This document shows positions 34,714 through 46,665 of a stretch of DNA of 64,000 nt, in pieces. Positions within the stretch are counted from its first letter, which is position 1. Each line of letters begins with the position of its first letter. Origin of the DNA: an uncultured Vampirovibrio sp. (GTDB lineage Bacteria; Cyanobacteriota; Vampirovibrionia; Gastranaerophilales; Gastranaerophilaceae); assembly GCA_910578465.1 (NCBI GenBank), contig CAJTPW010000003.1, forward strand, positions 121,973 to 185,972. Direction: 5' to 3'. The notes under the pieces were generated by a model. It had not been told where the DNA came from. It did not search any database and saw only the letters and a program-made list of their open reading frames with translations. Made by a program: the position numbers and the translations under genes.

Positions 34714-35121
34714 CTAGTCATTAAGAGCGTCTAAATCAAGCACGCTGCCTTCGATTGCATCTTCATCAGGCGCAACATCGGCATCCTGAACAATCTTTTC
34801 AATTACAAGCTGCGCCATATCAAGAGCCACTTTTTGTTTTGTTTCTTCAGAGCATTTTTCAAGCATTTGAATTGCGGTTCTTACGGTTGCATCAAGGTCA
34901 TACCATCTGTTCGTGCCTTTTTGGATGAGCCCGTCTTCAACAGCGCCAACAATATCTTCAATGTTTGAAAATTCATTATTATTAATGTTGTGCTCAATTA
35001 TTACCTTAATCAAATTCAGTGCAACAGCTATCTGGCTTGCATCGTCCGAGCTTGATAAAGTTCTCATAGACATTGAAAGAACAGGATCCTTATCATACCA
35101 GCGTGAAAAGTATTCGTTCAT
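34714..35121 (-). CDS. hypothetical acidic helical protein
   Basis: 135-aa ORF. No family recognised. Confidence 0.4.
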   Translation of the reverse strand: MNEYFSRWYDKDPVLSMSMRTLSSSDDASQIAVALNLIKVIIEHNINNNEFSNIEDIVGAVEDGLIQKGTNRWYDLDATVRTAIQMLEKCSEETKQKVALDMAQLVIEKIVQDADVAPDEDAIEGSVLDLDALND

Positions 35122-35187
35122 AAACTTTTTCTCCTTAAAATTTTACCGTTTAGCTGCTGTATTCGCTACATTGTTTTTACAATCCAA

Positions 35188-35502
35188 TCAGCTGAATTTA
35201 TAAGCTGCACCGCAACCTGCGGCAGGGTATTTCCATTCTATCGCCCCGTACGGACAGCTTATTCTGCAAGCGCCGCATTCAAGGCAGTTTTCATATTCAA
35301 CTTCTATACATTCTATTGTATCATCTTTTTTGGTGTCTTCATTCGTATTTTCCCCTGAAACTGCCTGTTTATAGACATTTGCGGGACATACGGTTAAACA
35401 AACCTTATCTTCACAAACTTTGCAAATCTCCTGATTTAAGATTAAATGCGGCTTGTCATCGGTTTTATATTTAACATTTATAAGTTTTTTTTCTATATCC
35501 AT
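35188..35502 (-). CDS. fixX: FixX-type ferredoxin-like protein
   Basis: About 100 aa with CxxCxxxxCxxxCP and CLECGACRISCP clusters. Directly downstream of the fixC-like gene. Confidence 0.75.
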   Translation of the reverse strand: MDIEKKLINVKYKTDDKPHLILNQEICKVCEDKVCLTVCPANVYKQAVSGENTNEDTKKDDTIECIEVEYENCLECGACRISCPYGAIEWKYPAAGCGAAYKFS

Positions 35503-35558
35503 TTTTGTCCTTTTTATGTGCTTACAGGCTTTTGGGCCTATTCGATTTTTAGACGGTT

Positions 35559-36902
35559 TTAAAACATAATATCAAAGAAGAGTTTCAAAAATGCTTTAAA
35601 ATCACGGAAGAGTTCCGTTATACTTCTTTCAAAGAAAATTTTTCCTGCAAATGCTCTGAATTTACGCTTTTTCGGGATATTATCCACACAGGTAACGGTT
35701 TCGAAAAGCTCTGCCATTTTCTTCGGGTAATAATGAAGAATTGATTTTTTCCTTGAATACAGCTTTTCAACAACATTTCTGTAAGATTTCAGGTCCTTTA
35801 AAACAAAGCTTTTTTTCAATTTTTCTTCATAAATTTTTAAAATATTGTGCCTTGCATTTTTGAGGTTTATTGCTATTACTGCGGTTTCTCCCGCAAGTTT
35901 TCCGCTTTCGATTGCAAAATTTGTTCCTTCAAAATGTGCCGAGTTAACAAGCCCTGCGGCGTCTCCAACTACCATAACTCCGTTTGCATAAAGCCTTGGC
36001 AGATTATTATACCCGAACTCGGGGATTAAATGTGCGGAATATTCCTGTGCTTCTGCTCCCTTAATCAGCTTTGCAACGTGTTTGTGGCTTTTAAATTTCT
36101 CTAAAAGCTCATAAGGCTTCATTTTATAGTTTGCAAGGTCTTCAAGCGAAACCCCGAGGCCGATTGAAATGCTGTCTTTAAATGTGTATAAAAATCCTAT
36201 TGCAAATGGGGTTATAAGGCGTTTTTTATTTTTCTTAACAATGCGCATTTCAGAAAGCCCGCCGAAGAATTCATACATGGCACCTTCTTTGGAGCCTTCA
36301 TCCAGCTGAAACCTTTCCTCCATAACCTTTTTATCGAGCTTTAAAGTTTCTTTAACGGATAGCACCATATCTTTTGGGAAAAATTCGGAGCGAAGCCCTA
36401 TTTGCTTTGCAAGAAGCGAGTTTACACCGTCCGCCAAAATTACAACAGGTGCAAAAAATTTTTCCTGTTCCGTTTGAACACCTGTGACATTGCCGTTTTT
36501 ATAAATTAATTTTTTTACAAGCGTTCTCGGGGCGATAAATACACCCTCTTTTTTTGCTTCTTCAACAAGCCATTTGTCAAATTTTGGCCTGAAAACCGTT
36601 GCCGTGGTTTCGTTTTTTGAAGCAGCACTTATGTTTACAGTCTCTTCATCCGTTAAAAACGAATAGGTGTGATTTGTCATAAATCTTTCATAAGGTGCCG
36701 TATTATAGGAATTTGGCAGGATTGATTTAATTGAATTTAAATAAACCGCTCCGCCAAACATATTTTTTTGTCCGGCAGTTTCAGCCCTTTCTAAAACTAC
36801 AACGTTTTTTCCGCCTCTTTTGATTGTAAGGGCGGCGCTAATTCCCGCAGGGCCTGCGCCAACGACAATGGCGTCTATTTTCTCTCTAAAATTCTCCATC
36901 AT
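35559..36902 (-). CDS. fixC: FAD-dependent oxidoreductase, FixC / ETF-quinone oxidoreductase-like
   Basis: DAIVVGAGPAG dinucleotide fold, about 430-aa FixC-like length, paired with fixX. Confidence 0.75.
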   Translation of the reverse strand: MMENFREKIDAIVVGAGPAGISAALTIKRGGKNVVVLERAETAGQKNMFGGAVYLNSIKSILPNSYNTAPYERFMTNHTYSFLTDEETVNISAASKNETTATVFRPKFDKWLVEEAKKEGVFIAPRTLVKKLIYKNGNVTGVQTEQEKFFAPVVILADGVNSLLAKQIGLRSEFFPKDMVLSVKETLKLDKKVMEERFQLDEGSKEGAMYEFFGGLSEMRIVKKNKKRLITPFAIGFLYTFKDSISIGLGVSLEDLANYKMKPYELLEKFKSHKHVAKLIKGAEAQEYSAHLIPEFGYNNLPRLYANGVMVVGDAAGLVNSAHFEGTNFAIESGKLAGETAVIAINLKNARHNILKIYEEKLKKSFVLKDLKSYRNVVEKLYSRKKSILHYYPKKMAELFETVTCVDNIPKKRKFRAFAGKIFFERSITELFRDFKAFLKLFFDIMF

Positions 36903-37032
36903 AATTTTAAATTATACAATTAATTTTTTATTATTACAATTAAGTTTTCAGCCTATTTTTCCATAATTTTTTTTATGATAATATTTATTCATCAAAATTT
37001 TAAAAATTTAAAAAGCAAAAGGATTTAAGAAT

Positions 37033-39714
37033 ATGGAAAATAAACCGAAAACCTGTGATGAAATCAGAGAAGCATTTTTGAGCTTTTTTGAAAAGAAACA
37101 CGAGCACACAAGGATAAAAAGCTCTTCACTGGTGCCAAATAACCCTACCATTCTTTTGACAACCGCGGGTATGGTTCAGTTTATTCCATATTTTTTAGGG
37201 CTTGAGACCCCGCCGTATAAACCTGCAAGAGCAACTTCCTGCCAGAAATGCGCACGTGCTGGCGGGAAAGACTCCGATATTGAAAACGTAGGGAGAACTC
37301 CCCGCCATCATACCTTTTTTGAAATGCTTGGAAACTTCAGCTTTGGCGATTATTTCAAAGAAGAAATTATTCCCTGGAGCTGGGACTTTGTAACAAATTA
37401 TTTAGGTCTCGATAAAGATCGCCTCTGGATTACAATCTATGAAAACGACGATGAGGCAGGAGAAATCTGGCAAAAGGCCGGTGTGCCCAAAGAAAGAATT
37501 TTAAAGAAGGGCAAAAAAGATAATTTCTGGGGTCCTGTAGGGATTTCAGGCTCCTGTGGTCCTTGCAGCGAAATTCACTACGATTTGGGTGAACACCTGA
37601 AATGTTCCGATGACTGTTCGATTGCAACGTGCGAATGCAACAGATGGGTTGAAATCTGGAACCTTGTATTTACGGAGCTTTTTCAGGATGAAAAAGGCGA
37701 ATTGCAGCCCCTTGAAAAGAAAAACGTGGATACGGGGATGGGCCTTGAACGCATTGCAATGGTGTGCCAAAACGTAGCTTCTACCTTTGAGACAGACCTT
37801 TTGAGGCATATTCTGGATGAAGTTTGTAAAATATCAGGAAAAACCTACGGACAGGATGAAAAGACCGATATTTCATTAAGAATTATAACCGATCACACAA
37901 GGTGTGTGAGCTTCTTAATTGCAGACGGCGTTACCCCTTCAAATGAAGGCAGAGGTTATGTTTTAAGGATGATTTTAAGACGTGCGCTCCGTCACGGGTA
38001 TATGCTCGGGCTTGAATTACCGTTCTTAAAGCCAATTGTAGCAAAGGTTATAGAGCTTTATAAAGGCGCATACCCTGAATTATCCGAGAAAGCGGATAAA
38101 ATCCAAAACAGTATCCTCCAAGAGGAAGAAAGGTTTAAACTCACTCTACAGAGGGGTTACAGCCTTATGGAAGATATTATAAAAACTCTGAAAGCCAAGG
38201 GGGAAAAGCTTGTATCCGGTGAGGACTGCTTCAAACTCTATGATACATACGGTTTTCCGCTTGAATTAACAAGAGAAATCGCTGTTGAAAACTTTATGGA
38301 TGTTGATGAAGAAGCATTCAAAAACCTTATGGCAGAACAGAAAGAGCGTGCCCGTGCTTCAATGCAGAAGGTAGTTCTGGCTGATGATAAAAATTATACG
38401 GATAAACCTGCAACAAATTTTGTAGGGTATACTGAAAACGAAGCTTCTGCAACGGTTTTAGCTATAATTAAAAACGGTGAAGAAGTGCAGGTTACAAACG
38501 AAGATGATGTTTCTGATGTTATCCTTGATACAACTCCGTTTTATGCTGAAAGTGGCGGTCAAATCGGGGATAGTGGTGTTTTTGAACTTCAAAACGGTGA
38601 TAAAATCGAAGTCTTAAAGACATTTAAGGTTCAAAATGTTTTTGCCCACAGGGTTAAGGGCTCAATTAAAAAGGGAGATAAGCTAACAGCGAGGATTGAC
38701 GCTAAAAAAAGAGCCGAAATCCAAAAGCACCACTCTTTAGCGCACCTTCTGCAGGCTGCATTAATCTCTGTGCTTGGCTCAGAGGTCCATCAGGCAGGTT
38801 CACAGGTTGAAGATAACAGAACGAGATACGATTTTTCATTTGAGCGCGCAATGACGCATGATGAAATCGCTAAAACTGAGGCCCTGATTAACTCTTGGCT
38901 GAATACAGGTTTGGTTGGCAAAACAGAAATTATGGATATTGAAGAAGCCAAAAATTCGGGCGCTATGGCACTTTTTGGCGAAAAATACGGTGATAAAGTC
39001 CGTGTTGTAAGTTTTACAGACCCATCAAACCCTGAAATATGTTTATCTAAAGAGCTTTGCGGTGGCTGTCATGTGGGAAACACCAAGGATATAAGGCTTG
39101 CAAAGATAGTATCCGAGGGCGCAAGTTCAGCAGGGGTAAGGAGAATAGAGATTTTATGCTCCGATGCGGCATTTTCATATTTGGCTGAAAAAGCCCGTCA
39201 AATCGATGATATAGCCCACACGTACAAATTGAAAACTGATGAAGTTGCAGGCAAAATTGAAAAACTTCTTGAAGAAAATAAGGCTCAAAATGCCCGTATA
39301 GCGGAGCTTGAAGCACAAATTGCAAATTCAAGGTTTGAAACAATGGCTGATAAAACGCAAGAGATAAAAATGGGTGACGGAACGGCCGGAAAGCTCTTCA
39401 TATCGCTGATTGAGGACCATAACCCCAATGCCCTGAAATTCGGTTTGGAGATGTTTGCAAAGAAATTGGGCGAATCTGTTATTGTATTATGCTCGAAAAA
39501 GCCTGATAATGCGGGTTTTGTGATTGCAAAGGTATCGGACGGCTTTGTAAAAAAAGGCATAAGCGCAGGCAATATTGTGTCTGAAATTACAAAGGCATGT
39601 GATGGTAAAGGCGGCGGAAAGCCTCAAATGGCGCAAGGTTCAGCGAAAAATATCTCAAAAATTAAAGAAGTTTTTGAAAAAATCGAAAACGACATCAGGG
39701 CAAAATTGAATTAA
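37033..39714 (+). CDS. alaS: alanine--tRNA ligase
   Basis: Class II core (FFEMLGNFSFGDYFK), editing-domain HxxxH (HHSLAHLL) and CGGCH, and a C-terminal DHHA1-like tail. Confidence 0.97.
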   Translation: MENKPKTCDEIREAFLSFFEKKHEHTRIKSSSLVPNNPTILLTTAGMVQFIPYFLGLETPPYKPARATSCQKCARAGGKDSDIENVGRTPRHHTFFEMLGNFSFGDYFKEEIIPWSWDFVTNYLGLDKDRLWITIYENDDEAGEIWQKAGVPKERILKKGKKDNFWGPVGISGSCGPCSEIHYDLGEHLKCSDDCSIATCECNRWVEIWNLVFTELFQDEKGELQPLEKKNVDTGMGLERIAMVCQNVASTFETDLLRHILDEVCKISGKTYGQDEKTDISLRIITDHTRCVSFLIADGVTPSNEGRGYVLRMILRRALRHGYMLGLELPFLKPIVAKVIELYKGAYPELSEKADKIQNSILQEEERFKLTLQRGYSLMEDIIKTLKAKGEKLVSGEDCFKLYDTYGFPLELTREIAVENFMDVDEEAFKNLMAEQKERARASMQKVVLADDKNYTDKPATNFVGYTENEASATVLAIIKNGEEVQVTNEDDVSDVILDTTPFYAESGGQIGDSGVFELQNGDKIEVLKTFKVQNVFAHRVKGSIKKGDKLTARIDAKKRAEIQKHHSLAHLLQAALISVLGSEVHQAGSQVEDNRTRYDFSFERAMTHDEIAKTEALINSWLNTGLVGKTEIMDIEEAKNSGAMALFGEKYGDKVRVVSFTDPSNPEICLSKELCGGCHVGNTKDIRLAKIVSEGASSAGVRRIEILCSDAAFSYLAEKARQIDDIAHTYKLKTDEVAGKIEKLLEENKAQNARIAELEAQIANSRFETMADKTQEIKMGDGTAGKLFISLIEDHNPNALKFGLEMFAKKLGESVIVLCSKKPDNAGFVIAKVSDGFVKKGISAGNIVSEITKACDGKGGGKPQMAQGSAKNISKIKEVFEKIENDIRAKLN

Positions 39715-39806
39715 ATTTGCCGTGCTGAAATTTTTAAAACGCAGCTGTGTAAATTTGTATGAATTTTTTTGCAAATTTATGCGGCGGACGTTGTAAAACA
39801 GTAAAA

Positions 39807-40631
39807 TCAACCTTCTTTATTTTGAAGCAAAATTTCCTTGATTTTGTTTCTGGGCGTATCATACAGCGAATTTATCACGCTGACAATGTCTTTATCAGAG
39901 AGTTTTAGCCCTTTTAAAGTTGAAATTTGCTCGAAGAGTTTGCTTTCTTCAGCTGAATTTTGGTCTAAAGCGTAGAGCATACAAGCGATTTCACCTTTTA
40001 GGACGTGTGTATTATAGTATTCAAGCAGGTTTTCAACCGTATCAACCTTGATTTCCTCAAATTTCTTGGTTAATTCGCGCCCAATAGCGATTTTTCGAGG
40101 GGTTCCCATTTTTGAAATAATGGAAAGCGTTTCTATCAAACGGTTTGGACTTTCATAAAACACTAAATTCTCATCCCTGTTTGAGTTTAGAAGATTTTCG
40201 ATTTGTGCTTTTTGTCGCGGTAAAAAGCCAATGAACTTAAAAGCCTCGTTCTGCCTTGGAATTGAGGCAAGTAACGCTAAAATTGCAGACGCACCAACGA
40301 CAGGCACCACATCGATACCCTCCAAACGGGCTTCATCAACGAGTTTAACACCGGGGTCGGATATCAAAGGCGTTCCCGCATCGGATACTAAAGCCACGTT
40401 CTGACCGCTTTTCAGATAGTTTATAAAAAATTCGCTTTTTTTGCTTTCCGAAAATTTATGATAACTTTCCAAGGGCGTTTCTATGCCGTATTTTTCGCAG
40501 AGAATTTTTGTGTTTCTTGTGTCTTCACATGCGATAATAGCAACGCTTTTTAGGGTTTCAACAGCCCGAAAAGTAATATCTGAGAGGTTTCCAATGGGTG
40601 TGGATACTATAAAAAGCTTTCCTGAAGCCAT
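39807..40631 (-). CDS. rsmI: 16S rRNA (cytidine1402-2'-O)-methyltransferase
   Basis: GKLFIVSTPIGNLSDITFRA N-terminus and the tetrapyrrole-methylase fold typical of RsmI. Confidence 0.85.
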   Translation of the reverse strand: MASGKLFIVSTPIGNLSDITFRAVETLKSVAIIACEDTRNTKILCEKYGIETPLESYHKFSESKKSEFFINYLKSGQNVALVSDAGTPLISDPGVKLVDEARLEGIDVVPVVGASAILALLASIPRQNEAFKFIGFLPRQKAQIENLLNSNRDENLVFYESPNRLIETLSIISKMGTPRKIAIGRELTKKFEEIKVDTVENLLEYYNTHVLKGEIACMLYALDQNSAEESKLFEQISTLKGLKLSDKDIVSVINSLYDTPRNKIKEILLQNKEG

Positions 40632-40648
40632 TTTTGTTTTATCCCCTT

Positions 40649-43503
<2,855 letters not shown>

Positions 43504-43546
43504 GTATAACGGCTTAAATATGGGCTGAAGTCCTTTAAAATGGGGG

Positions 43547-44200
43547 TTAGACCCTTTCAAGGGCTTGGATGAATTTTTTAACATCGTCTGTAATTATTAA
43601 ATCGGGGTTTTTGTTTGCAAAATCAGTAAGCAAAATAACTGCGGGGTCAACTTTTCCTTCTTTTGCAAGGATGATGGCGACAACAATTGCATTAAAGGGG
43701 TTTACATTCAAATTTTTCAACAAAAAATCTTTTTTGGATTTTGTAATTCCTAAAAGTTCATAAGATGTTACAAGGTTTTTATAGTATTCAAATTTCATGC
43801 AGTCTTGCATAATTGCTCTTTCAAAGCAGGTTTTTGCCATTTCGGAAAAATCCGCATCGGCGCGGGTTAAATTTCTTGTTCTTTGAATTTCGCCAAAAAT
43901 AAGATAAACTTTGCCCAGATTATTATAATAAACCGCTGTGGACTGAGAATTCGGGTTTATTGCGATTGCGATTTTAAATTCTTTAAGTGCTGCAAAATAA
44001 TCCTGTTCCCTGAAATAATTTACACCACGCCTGTTGTGGGTGTTTGCATTTTTTTGCGCATCAACCGGGTTTGTAACCGAAACTTCGTTAAGGTGTGCGT
44101 ATGCTGTATTCTCAAGGGAATTCTTAAAGGAAAGAGGGCACCCAAAAAGGCACAAAAGCACGCTTGCGGATATTAAAAATATTTTTTGAAACTTCTTCAT
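43547..44200 (-). CDS. TPR-repeat lipoprotein (putative)
   Basis: Signal peptide with the lipobox-like LFGC, then TPR-like units. Confidence 0.6.
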   Translation of the reverse strand: MKKFQKIFLISASVLLCLFGCPLSFKNSLENTAYAHLNEVSVTNPVDAQKNANTHNRRGVNYFREQDYFAALKEFKIAIAINPNSQSTAVYYNNLGKVYLIFGEIQRTRNLTRADADFSEMAKTCFERAIMQDCMKFEYYKNLVTSYELLGITKSKKDFLLKNLNVNPFNAIVVAIILAKEGKVDPAVILLTDFANKNPDLIITDDVKKFIQALERV

Positions 44201-44203
44201 ACC

Positions 44204-45154
44204 CTATATAATAATTTCCAAATTTTCTTTGGCAAATATGAAATTTCCATTCGTATTTTCATTTGCAAAACAAAACTCTTTTTCGAGCATATCCAAAATT
44301 CCATCATCATAATTCGGGTCAAAATGGAAGAAGACAAGTCTTTTTGCTTTTGCAAATTTTGCTGTTTCAATTGCCATATTGAAGGTAGAATGACCGAAGC
44401 CCTGTTTTGGTAAAATCGGGGAAATATAGTCCTGATGAGTATATTGAGCGTCGTGAATTAAAAGGTCCGCCCCGTGTGCAAATTCAATAAATTTCTTATC
44501 ACAGCCGACGTAGCTTTCCTTATCCGTTGCATATACAATGCTTTTTCCTTTGTATTCAATTTTTATGCAAAGAGAGCCGTTTTTAGGATGTGCCGTGGTT
44601 TTATGGGCAGAAATTATGACATCGTCTTCTCTTGTGTCTTCGTGCATATATTTGTTAAATTCGCTCGATTTTATAAAAACCTTTGTGTTGTTAGGTTTTA
44701 TGATTAAAATATGTTTTAATTGAAAATCGTGAATATTGAAATTTGACGGGATTTCATCCGTTGAAACAGGGAAAACTTTTTCAAAAAGCACATCCGAAAG
44801 ATTTTCTTTTAAACTTTTGTTCGGATATGGCAAGCCGTAGACATCAAGCGTGGTGGTCGGGATAAATAACGGTGCGAAAAACTGAAGCCCCTGAATATGG
44901 TCCTGATGGATGTGGCTTAAAAGAAGAGTGGCATCTACGGATTTTCTTGAATATAAATCCGTGCCCGATAAAATATGTTCTTTTTGCAGGTCGCGTCCGA
45001 GGTCTATAATTCCTGTGCCTGCATCAAGGATAATCAGGCGGCCGCCTGCCTGTATTTCAACACAGCTTGTATTTCCGCCGTATTTTAAAAAACTTTGGTG
45101 AGGCACAGGGTGCGAACCCCTGACCCCTCTGAATTTTACTTTAATTTCCTGCAT
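44204..45154 (-). CDS. MBL-fold metallo-hydrolase
   Basis: HIHQDH (HxHxDH) motif and N-terminal FRGVRGS...GGNTSCV typical of the PhnP/RNase Z-like MBL clade. Confidence 0.75.
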   Translation of the reverse strand: MQEIKVKFRGVRGSHPVPHQSFLKYGGNTSCVEIQAGGRLIILDAGTGIIDLGRDLQKEHILSGTDLYSRKSVDATLLLSHIHQDHIQGLQFFAPLFIPTTTLDVYGLPYPNKSLKENLSDVLFEKVFPVSTDEIPSNFNIHDFQLKHILIIKPNNTKVFIKSSEFNKYMHEDTREDDVIISAHKTTAHPKNGSLCIKIEYKGKSIVYATDKESYVGCDKKFIEFAHGADLLIHDAQYTHQDYISPILPKQGFGHSTFNMAIETAKFAKAKRLVFFHFDPNYDDGILDMLEKEFCFANENTNGNFIFAKENLEIII

Positions 45155-46613
45155 TATTTTCCGTATTCGTTTTTGAAGCTTCTTCTTTTACTTTTTTGGC
45201 GTTTTCATCAGCCTTTTTTGCCGCCTTTTTAGCCTCTTTTTTTGCTTCAAGTTCCGCTTGTTTTTTAGCTTTTTTAACTTCTGCTTCCTTTGCCTTCAAT
45301 TCTTTTTCGGCTTGTCTTTGAGCCTCTTTTAAAGCTTTTTCTTCCGCTTTTTTAGCCCTATCAGCTTCTTTCTGACTTGCTTTTTGGGCTTTAAGTTCTT
45401 CTTTTTGACGGGCTTTAAGAGCGTTTTCATCCGCTTTTTTGGCTTCATTTGCCTGTTTTTCTTCCGCCTTTAAAACCTCTTTTTGAGCCTTTTCCTCTGC
45501 CTTTTTAGCTTTATCGGCTTCTTTTTGTGCTTTTGCAGCCTCTTTTTGGAGCTCTTTATCTTCTTTTATTGTTTTTGGTTTTTCTTCTTTTAATTCATTG
45601 TCATAATCTTTATTTTTTCTGATTGTAATAATAACACTGTGGTCATTTGGAAGTCCTCTTAAAGTGGCTGAAGCTATGGCATTCAGCTTGCTGCTCTTTT
45701 GAACTTCTTCAAGCCCTGTTTCCATATATTTAATGTTGAAAATGGTTCTGTCTTTGTAATTTGTAATGTTTACATAACGAAATGCGTTAGGGTAAGTTAC
45801 AAGAGAAGGGGTTGAAACGTGAATAATGTTTCCCTGTCTCATAATTTTTGTTGCGTGATAATGGCCTGAAAATATTGCTATCGGCGTTTTTTTGTACTCT
45901 TTTATAATATCCATATAGGTTTCGTTGTTTACAATCCTGTGATGTTCGGATTTAAACGGTTCCACAACAGGGTGGTGCTGGAATATTACAATAACTTTGT
46001 CTTTGTTTGCTTCCAGTTCTCCTTTTAAAAATTCAGCCTGTTCAACCGTTAATTTTCCGTTTGCGGTGACGGCCTCATCACTTGTGGTATCCAAAACAAT
46101 TACGCGGTAATCATTTTTTGGGGAAAAGGCATACCAGCTTTTTGTAAACATATAATAAGGGTTGCATTTTTTAATTATATTTAGCGCCTCGTTTTTGTCT
46201 ATATAAGGCGGTGCATTTTTGTCTTCCGTTTGTATCTGGCGTGCGTCGTGGTTTCCAAATGTCATAAGGGGCGGATATTTAAGCTTTGTAAGCAAAATAA
46301 AGAAGTCTCTGTAAGATTTTTTTAAGGGCTCATCAACCATATCGCCCGTAAACATTACAAAATCAAGCATTTTGATATTGTTTGTTTGCTTTATGGCATC
46401 TTCAAGAAGTGCCTTAGAACTTGATAATACCTTGTATGATGTGTCTTCTCTGTCAGAAATATGAGTATCCGAGATTTGGACAAAACTTAATTCCATATCT
46501 CTGAAAGAAAAGTCCGCAAATGCGGCATTTCCGTTGTGTGCAAAAAGTCCTTGCCCTGTTTGAATTACAAGGGCAAGGAGAAATACCGTTAAAAATCTTA
46601 CTGTCTTTTTCAT
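45141..46613 (-). CDS. secreted calcineurin-like metallophosphoesterase with about 150-aa K/E/A-rich C-terminal tail
   Basis: All five MPE motifs are present (SDTHISD, GDMVDE, GNHDA, QHHP, GHYHA). Signal peptide from the ATG at 46613. The tail consists of KAEEKAQKE-type repeats. Confidence 0.8.
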   Translation of the reverse strand: MKKTVRFLTVFLLALVIQTGQGLFAHNGNAAFADFSFRDMELSFVQISDTHISDREDTSYKVLSSSKALLEDAIKQTNNIKMLDFVMFTGDMVDEPLKKSYRDFFILLTKLKYPPLMTFGNHDARQIQTEDKNAPPYIDKNEALNIIKKCNPYYMFTKSWYAFSPKNDYRVIVLDTTSDEAVTANGKLTVEQAEFLKGELEANKDKVIVIFQHHPVVEPFKSEHHRIVNNETYMDIIKEYKKTPIAIFSGHYHATKIMRQGNIIHVSTPSLVTYPNAFRYVNITNYKDRTIFNIKYMETGLEEVQKSSKLNAIASATLRGLPNDHSVIITIRKNKDYDNELKEEKPKTIKEDKELQKEAAKAQKEADKAKKAEEKAQKEVLKAEEKQANEAKKADENALKARQKEELKAQKASQKEADRAKKAEEKALKEAQRQAEKELKAKEAEVKKAKKQAELEAKKEAKKAAKKADENAKKVKEEASKTNTENNAGN

Positions 46614-46665
46614 AACTTTTTGTTTCCTGTTTTTAAGGCGTTCCGCAATTTTTACGGTACCTTCT

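Noticed and set aside
45160-45600. Highly repetitive DNA (GCTTTTTTAGC-type units) that could be mistaken for a CRISPR or satellite array.
   Set aside because: It lies in frame within a long ORF and encodes K/E/A-rich low-complexity protein. There is no repeat-spacer periodicity.
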